This document shows, piece after piece, positions 58,600 through 64,000 of a stretch of 64,000 nucleotides of DNA. The stretch lies in assembly GCA_977018835.1 (NCBI GenBank), contig OZ361257.1, positions 3,906,001-3,970,000 on the forward strand. Direction: 5' to 3'. The position numbers and the translations under genes were made by a program. Below the pieces are notes generated by a model. It worked only from the letters and a program-made list of their open reading frames with translations. It searched no databases and had not been told where the DNA came from. The DNA is from Minutocellus sp. GHC0000111. Its lineage: Eukaryota. Each line of letters starts with the position of its first letter. Position 1 is the stretch's first letter.

Positions 58600-59919
58600 A
58601 TGGCCTCAGCATCTGTCCATGAAGATGGCCCAAACCGGCAAGTAGCCCGATCATCCTCGACTGCCACTGTCAGTACCAGAGCCGTTGCCAACCACAGGAA
58701 GCACTTTCCTCAAATTCTCATGGAAGTCCTCAATCTCACCTCGTCAGACCCCAGCATTTCCGAAATCTTGGCCTGGAACGACGACGGCACATCGTTCCGC
58801 ATACTCTCCCGTCAGGGCCTCGAAGAGATTGTCATGCCACAATACTTTGCCCCATTACCCGGCAACAAATCGTCGTCCTCGCCCAAATATGCCAGCTTCA
58901 CTCGCAAGTTGAATCGATGGGGATTCCGCCGTATCACAACCAAGGGTCCAGACATGGGCAACTTCCAGCATTATCAATTTCGAAGGGACGAACCGGAGCT
59001 GATCGCTTTGATGGAATGCACGAAGCGCAGGTATGGCAGTCGCACAGAAGAAGATCCGCATGGAATATCATCTTCTGTCGGTGGCGCGGCAGCTGCGTCT
59101 TCTCATCCTTCTGCTTCTTGGGGATCAAGTTATTCTGGTACTTCTAGTATGGGCACTTTTGGGGCTCCGGGATATATGCATACGCATGCACCTCCTCCTC
59201 ACACTGAATACGCCAACATGAATGGTAGAGTTACTGGTGCAGCAGGACTAGCATTTGCTGGACATGTGATTTCGGGATCGGGGCAAACCTACTCAAATCA
59301 TCATTATCCCAGTCATCACTATGCCATTGGTAACAATCGAGCAGCCATGGCTCCTGCCGATGCCTATAACTGGAATTCTGCTGGGATACCGGGAAGTAGT
59401 CGCCCTCCACCAAATTCTAATTTCTTCGGGTCTGCCAGTAGGAATGATGCTGCATCTATCGGTGGTGGAATTGCTCGTGCCGGGGACTCGGCCATGCATC
59501 AGCAGCAGCCACCACCTCCAATGATGGCCTATCAGCAGGCAGCAGTATCTAGTGTGAGTCCAGGGCAGCAGCAGCTCGTCAATGACGTCGATCAGCACAC
59601 ATCACTGAACCCAGCCTATCTCTCCAACCTCGAGATCATGGCCTTGGCGCGAAGGGATCGGGCGCTTATACAGTATCGAAATGCCGCCGGTATCCGGCTA
59701 GATCCGCCTCGCGTCTCGCAAGCAAGACAAGGAGGAGGAGGAGGAGGAGAGAAGGAGGACCAACATGAGCAAGCTGGAGAAGCCCCGGTTCATGAAAAGG
59801 AGGGCACGGAACGTTTGCATGAACCGAGGATAGAAAGTGCTGCTGGGGCTGCATCGGCAACGACAACTCCTTCGTCGGAAGAGAGCGGAACAAAATACGA
59901 GGAGGTAACTAAAGAGTAA
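58600..59919 (+). CDS. Heat shock transcription factor (HSF DNA-binding domain)
   Basis: 'FPQILMEVL..ILAWNDDGTSF..VMPQYF..KYASFTRKLNRWGF..FRRDEPEL'. Confidence 0.93.
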   Translation: MASASVHEDGPNRQVARSSSTATVSTRAVANHRKHFPQILMEVLNLTSSDPSISEILAWNDDGTSFRILSRQGLEEIVMPQYFAPLPGNKSSSSPKYASFTRKLNRWGFRRITTKGPDMGNFQHYQFRRDEPELIALMECTKRRYGSRTEEDPHGISSSVGGAAAASSHPSASWGSSYSGTSSMGTFGAPGYMHTHAPPPHTEYANMNGRVTGAAGLAFAGHVISGSGQTYSNHHYPSHHYAIGNNRAAMAPADAYNWNSAGIPGSSRPPPNSNFFGSASRNDAASIGGGIARAGDSAMHQQQPPPPMMAYQQAAVSSVSPGQQQLVNDVDQHTSLNPAYLSNLEIMALARRDRALIQYRNAAGIRLDPPRVSQARQGGGGGGEKEDQHEQAGEAPVHEKEGTERLHEPRIESAAGAASATTTPSSEESGTKYEEVTKE

Positions 59920-60056
59920 CCATAATGATATGGTCTTTTTGCGATTGGGATGCTATTGAGAATATGCTATTGGCCCGCCTTTTAGTGATAGAGAGTGACA
60001 TAAATTATAGCAATAGACCAGTCCGCTTCGTTCTAAAGTAAATTTACATGTAGCAA

Positions 60057-63000
60057 TTAGATCTTTATAATCTCCTCTTCGGTCTTGTCTTCCTTTCCCG
60101 AACCATTATTTTTATCTTCGTGTCGCTCCTCTCCCTCTGTCGCCTCCTTTGATAGCTTGGTACTGCTTGCACTCTTGATCGCATGGCCATTGTCATCATT
60201 CATGCCGGATTCAACTTCAGTGGGAGTTTTCCTGCCGATGCTTGGCATCCCAGACGAAGGGCGATGTCGAATACGACGCTTCCTTCTCCCACTGAGACCG
60301 GCCGCATCCGCTTCCCGCCATCTCGCAGCCAAGAGGCGCATAACCTCTGCTACGAAGAATATGTGAGGCTTGCGCATTGGGATCGAAGGCTCGTGATCCC
60401 AAGTAGGTTTGGTATCAATTGATGAGCCAGCTTCGGACCACTGGTATGGAAGTAACTGCATACGACGGGCCCACTTCAACAAGCAAATGCATATCTTGTG
60501 TCCACGTCGCATCTTCCCACCAGAAGAGTCGACACCATGGCCAGACGAGAAGCCCAAGACCGTTTCAAGGTAGTACTGTTCCAAGTCGCTGGGGTCATCG
60601 TTCGCTTCACTGGCATTCAGCAAACCTCGAAGTAGTTTTGTGTCGACTTGGCCTTTATCACCGGATGATCCATTCCAATTGCCAAAGGGGTCAATCCTCT
60701 GCGAATCTGTAGAGTAATGACTAAGAATCACGTCGATGGCGTGAACAAGGACAGCATCATCCTGTATCAAATTCTGCGGGGACTCATCAATAGAAGTATG
60801 AGATGCGTTGTTGGTTGTATTTGTACTCGGAATTTTGAGCAAAAGGTCGAGGATTGAGCTGGAAGAGGGCGGACTCTGTGATAACTCGGTCGCATCTGGT
60901 ATTTCGGCAACATCTTCTACGAATGCTAGCTGCTCTCGTTCCACAGCATGCCAAATCACCCCGGCGTGGATTGAGTCTCCTGCCAAATCACCTTCCTCAA
61001 CAAGACGAAGAATTGCCAGTTCTTGATCATTGAACAAAAGTGGGTGGGCATGATCCAAAGCGGACACATTCTCAGAGTCCGTTAGAATGCTACCCAAGAG
61101 ATATGGTGAACCTTCCGTGTCACTTTTGACTTCGGGAATATTCGACATGGACTCACTTTTAGCGTTTTCTAACTTTTCGATGAGTTTCGTACGAGCTGGT
61201 TCGATCAGCTTCTGAGTAGAGACCTCTTTTTCAACTAATGCAATTTCATTCATCGTGCTTGGAACCCCAGATTCTTGGTTTGGAATGGGCTGGCAAAACA
61301 TGGGCGAACTAGATGTAGCACCACCGGTGACAGGTGAGAGAGATTTTACTTGGCGCTGAGAGAGTGCACATAGCAATTGTTTTGCATCGGTCTGTCGTCG
61401 TATTGTCGGGCCAATCGTTGTCATTTCTTGACTTGTGTGAGTATCATCTCCATCGCCAAACCGCCTGAACTGTCGGTGGATCACCTGGAGAGCCATAGGA
61501 AAATATACTCGCTCCTTCAGCCATCCCCTATCTGTGGTGAGAGAAGGAGCTCCCACAAACGAAGAACCCCTACCGAGAGCACGCTTGTTGTTATTGGCGG
61601 CATTTCCACTTGAAGTGACGTTTTCGGTCTCTTTTGGCGTCACATGAAACCATCGCATGACCGATTCTGCTGTTGGATTCCTCGTATCAGATGTTCCAGC
61701 AATCAAACCAACAAACGGAATGGCCCGCTTTTTATCTGTCTCTTGAACCTCAACGGCATGCCCATGATCGCCAAATAGCTGTTGATAGTTGCCCTGGTTG
61801 TGAATGTCGGTCACACTTGGGTCTGGTTGAAACGATGGGTGGGAGTGATACCAGCCGACGACCTCGAGACCATGTTTTGCAATTGTCTCCCCTGCAATGA
61901 TTTGACTGACGGGGTCCATCTCAACGTCGGTAAATCCCTGATCGTTTCGTTTAGTAGATTTGCAAGGGAAGGCAGCTTGCACGTAAATGCATCTCTCAGA
62001 TTCCACATATCGTCCACCGAGGAAGCCAATGATTTCAGACTCGGACAAGTGCGATTGCAAATCAGCAAGAAGCATAGCGTCTGGACAAACCTTGATCGAA
62101 AAGGGCTGGACTTGATCAATCTGCAAATGAGACCGTTTGATTAGATCCGACAACGAGCGAGAATCACTTCTGGTTGGATCGGATGCCCCGGGCGGTGTTG
62201 GCAGCGACGGTAGCGAGGACGTTGGAAACACCTCCCCGGAAAAGTCATCATCGTGGAGAAAACGCAGCTCAGGCCCGCCTTTATATGCCTCGCATGATAT
62301 GAGTGTGTGAGGGTTGAGTTCACCTCTGGCTAGCTCGCCAAGAACGTTAGATAGACTGACGCTTGACCCTTGTCGTTCGCTACGCCGTTTCCGGGCAGAA
62401 GTTGCGGGTGTGGCACGTTGCAGAACATTCATCGGTGTGGCAGTTGCCGTCTTGCTACTGCTGCCTTCTTCGGACCGTCTGACACCGTGGTCGACTCCGC
62501 AGAGACAATATGCTCGGAGATGCGGGGGAACATACGCACTGGTTGCTGATGATGAATGGCGATTGTCCGCCATTGTTTCGGCCGGGCTGGTATAATTCGT
62601 CGATAAAGACTGGTCGCCCACCATGGCCTCAACCAATTCCTTCAATGACTGGCAATCTCTTTCAGTAGTACTAGCACTTTGGAGCTGGTTGTGCTCTTTG
62701 CTCCACCAGCTTAGGGCAGATGCGTCATTCTCATCGGCATACTTTCCTTCGTCCCATATCCATGAACGTCCAAGGACTGTACCTCCAGCATCTAAAGCAG
62801 GGAGGCTCTCCAATCCAACTTTCCAGGGAGGTGCTCCATCTCCCACTTCATCAACAATATCAAGCCAGATTTGGCCTAGAGGAGCTTTTGGAAAAAACGC
62901 CAAAGACGACACATCGACAGAGAATTTTTCCTGCCCTCTCTTGCGCTTCTTGTGTGATCGGCCAGTGGCCTTCTCTTCAGGTGCGACCCGTTGGCATGAG

Positions 63001-64000
63001 TTTATGTGGTATCGAAGGAAAGAATAGGAGTTCGACATGTCGTACTTCTCCTTCTCGTCATCGACGGCAGTATCTGGTTTGCTGACGACTTGTTCAGATG
63101 AAGCTTCCAAATCTTTCTCATCGGTCTCAAAGATATTGTTTGAATCACTCTTGCGTTCGTACTTGCATTTAGATGCAGCCCCCTTGCGCTTCCTCGTCCT
63201 CGATTTCTTGAGCTCGGGCTCATTTTGCTGCTCGTCTTGTGCCTGGGCTTCTTTTACCAGACAAATGGAACTGCCGGCATTATCGCCACTTGACTCTGAT
63301 CGCTTGCCCCCCCTATTGCGCACCATATCTCTTAACTTTTGGGTGATCCTACTTCTCAAATCCAACCCAGAAACGATATGCCACTGCTCGCCTTTTCTAT
63401 TATGATCCGTGTGAAATCGGCCCGGCGGATCACGGCTGTGAACTTGATCGATCAAATCTGCAACGATCTTACGCCTCGCTTGGGCGTCGCCGTCATGATA
63501 AGCCTGAGCTTTGCTCTTAGAAAACAAAGACTCATTTCCGGGGTGGCTCATTGCCACTTTGCTTCCACCACAAAGATAATCGTTTTCCATCGGGATTATA
63601 GCTTCAGGTTCCTTCTTCGTCTCGTCCTTCTTCTTCTCATTCGTCTTCTCTGCATTTGAACGTTCCTCTTCGGCCTCCTCAGTAGTTTTGCGCTTGTTGG
63701 TACGACGAGAGCGAGATGGCACGGCAATAGAAGATTCTTTCGTGTCCTCGACTTTGCTCTGATTGTCCACACGTTTAGGAGGAGAATCATCTACAGATGC
63801 CTCTACTAGGGAGGGTCCTGCCTTCGCCTCCGCCTGTGCTCGATTTCGTTTCCGAAGCTTCAATTTCGATCCCGGTTTGGGCGGTCTTACATTTGGTGCC
63901 GTCTTTGATGGAGTTTTCTCTCGGATCGCCTCATGGACACCGCTCGTTTTGACTTCCTTGGCCGATTGTTCCTTTGGGGTCTCTATCTGTTCTGGTAATT
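60057..64000 (-). CDS. MPN+/JAMM metalloprotease (MPND/MYSM1-like deubiquitinase) with DUF6824-like domain; 5' end outside window
   Basis: 'SEIIGFLGG', 'VEMDPVSQ', 'GWYHSHPSFQPDPSVTDIHNQ'; 'NDYLCGG..HPGN..PPGRF..W..ITQKLRD'. Frame is open to the window edge. Confidence 0.9.
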   Translation of the reverse strand, partial: LPEQIETPKEQSAKEVKTSGVHEAIREKTPSKTAPNVRPPKPGSKLKLRKRNRAQAEAKAGPSLVEASVDDSPPKRVDNQSKVEDTKESSIAVPSRSRRTNKRKTTEEAEEERSNAEKTNEKKKDETKKEPEAIIPMENDYLCGGSKVAMSHPGNESLFSKSKAQAYHDGDAQARRKIVADLIDQVHSRDPPGRFHTDHNRKGEQWHIVSGLDLRSRITQKLRDMVRNRGGKRSESSGDNAGSSICLVKEAQAQDEQQNEPELKKSRTRKRKGAASKCKYERKSDSNNIFETDEKDLEASSEQVVSKPDTAVDDEKEKYDMSNSYSFLRYHINSCQRVAPEEKATGRSHKKRKRGQEKFSVDVSSLAFFPKAPLGQIWLDIVDEVGDGAPPWKVGLESLPALDAGGTVLGRSWIWDEGKYADENDASALSWWSKEHNQLQSASTTERDCQSLKELVEAMVGDQSLSTNYTSPAETMADNRHSSSATSAYVPPHLRAYCLCGVDHGVRRSEEGSSSKTATATPMNVLQRATPATSARKRRSERQGSSVSLSNVLGELARGELNPHTLISCEAYKGGPELRFLHDDDFSGEVFPTSSLPSLPTPPGASDPTRSDSRSLSDLIKRSHLQIDQVQPFSIKVCPDAMLLADLQSHLSESEIIGFLGGRYVESERCIYVQAAFPCKSTKRNDQGFTDVEMDPVSQIIAGETIAKHGLEVVGWYHSHPSFQPDPSVTDIHNQGNYQQLFGDHGHAVEVQETDKKRAIPFVGLIAGTSDTRNPTAESVMRWFHVTPKETENVTSSGNAANNNKRALGRGSSFVGAPSLTTDRGWLKERVYFPMALQVIHRQFRRFGDGDDTHTSQEMTTIGPTIRRQTDAKQLLCALSQRQVKSLSPVTGGATSSSPMFCQPIPNQESGVPSTMNEIALVEKEVSTQKLIEPARTKLIEKLENAKSESMSNIPEVKSDTEGSPYLLGSILTDSENVSALDHAHPLLFNDQELAILRLVEEGDLAGDSIHAGVIWHAVEREQLAFVEDVAEIPDATELSQSPPSSSSILDLLLKIPSTNTTNNASHTSIDESPQNLIQDDAVLVHAIDVILSHYSTDSQRIDPFGNWNGSSGDKGQVDTKLLRGLLNASEANDDPSDLEQYYLETVLGFSSGHGVDSSGGKMRRGHKICICLLKWARRMQLLPYQWSEAGSSIDTKPTWDHEPSIPMRKPHIFFVAEVMRLLAARWREADAAGLSGRRKRRIRHRPSSGMPSIGRKTPTEVESGMNDDNGHAIKSASSTKLSKEATEGEERHEDKNNGSGKEDKTEEEIIKI

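Noticed and set aside
1..64000. tRNA, rRNA, prokaryotic operons or defence systems
   Set aside because: No cloverleaf or rRNA signature seen by eye, and gene structure is spliceosomal. tRNAscan-SE/Infernal would be needed to exclude small RNAs.

Overview
Gene-dense eukaryotic nuclear DNA, most likely from a diatom (inference: short GT-AG introns of about 100-225 nt, bipartite plastid presequences of the signal peptide + A-F type, an LCIB/theta carbonic anhydrase, and diatom-typical HSF, HA-repeat, DUF6824, CCT and Sel1/MYND genes). About 33 protein genes can be supported, plus several decayed ORFs or transposon remnants, a 186-bp tandem array, a 161-bp tandem duplication and a ~75-bp inverted repeat pair 2.3 kb apart. 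I saw no rRNA, tRNA or CRISPR. Main points: (1) an intact STEAP-type metalloreductase with four TGACG(T/C) sites upstream; (2) a ~1700-aa modular cell-surface protein (2 lectin-like domains, 2 PAN domains, TSP3-like Ca-binding repeats, TM) interrupted by a G12 run and two in-frame stops; (3) a probably thylakoid-lumen theta-CA; (4) a locally expanded 'MGKKSKRK' RING-like/Sel1/MYND family; (5) about 10 otherwise normal-looking genes with frameshifts or in-frame stops, which could be assembly error or a decaying haplotype. All family assignments come from motif recognition by eye; no database search was run.
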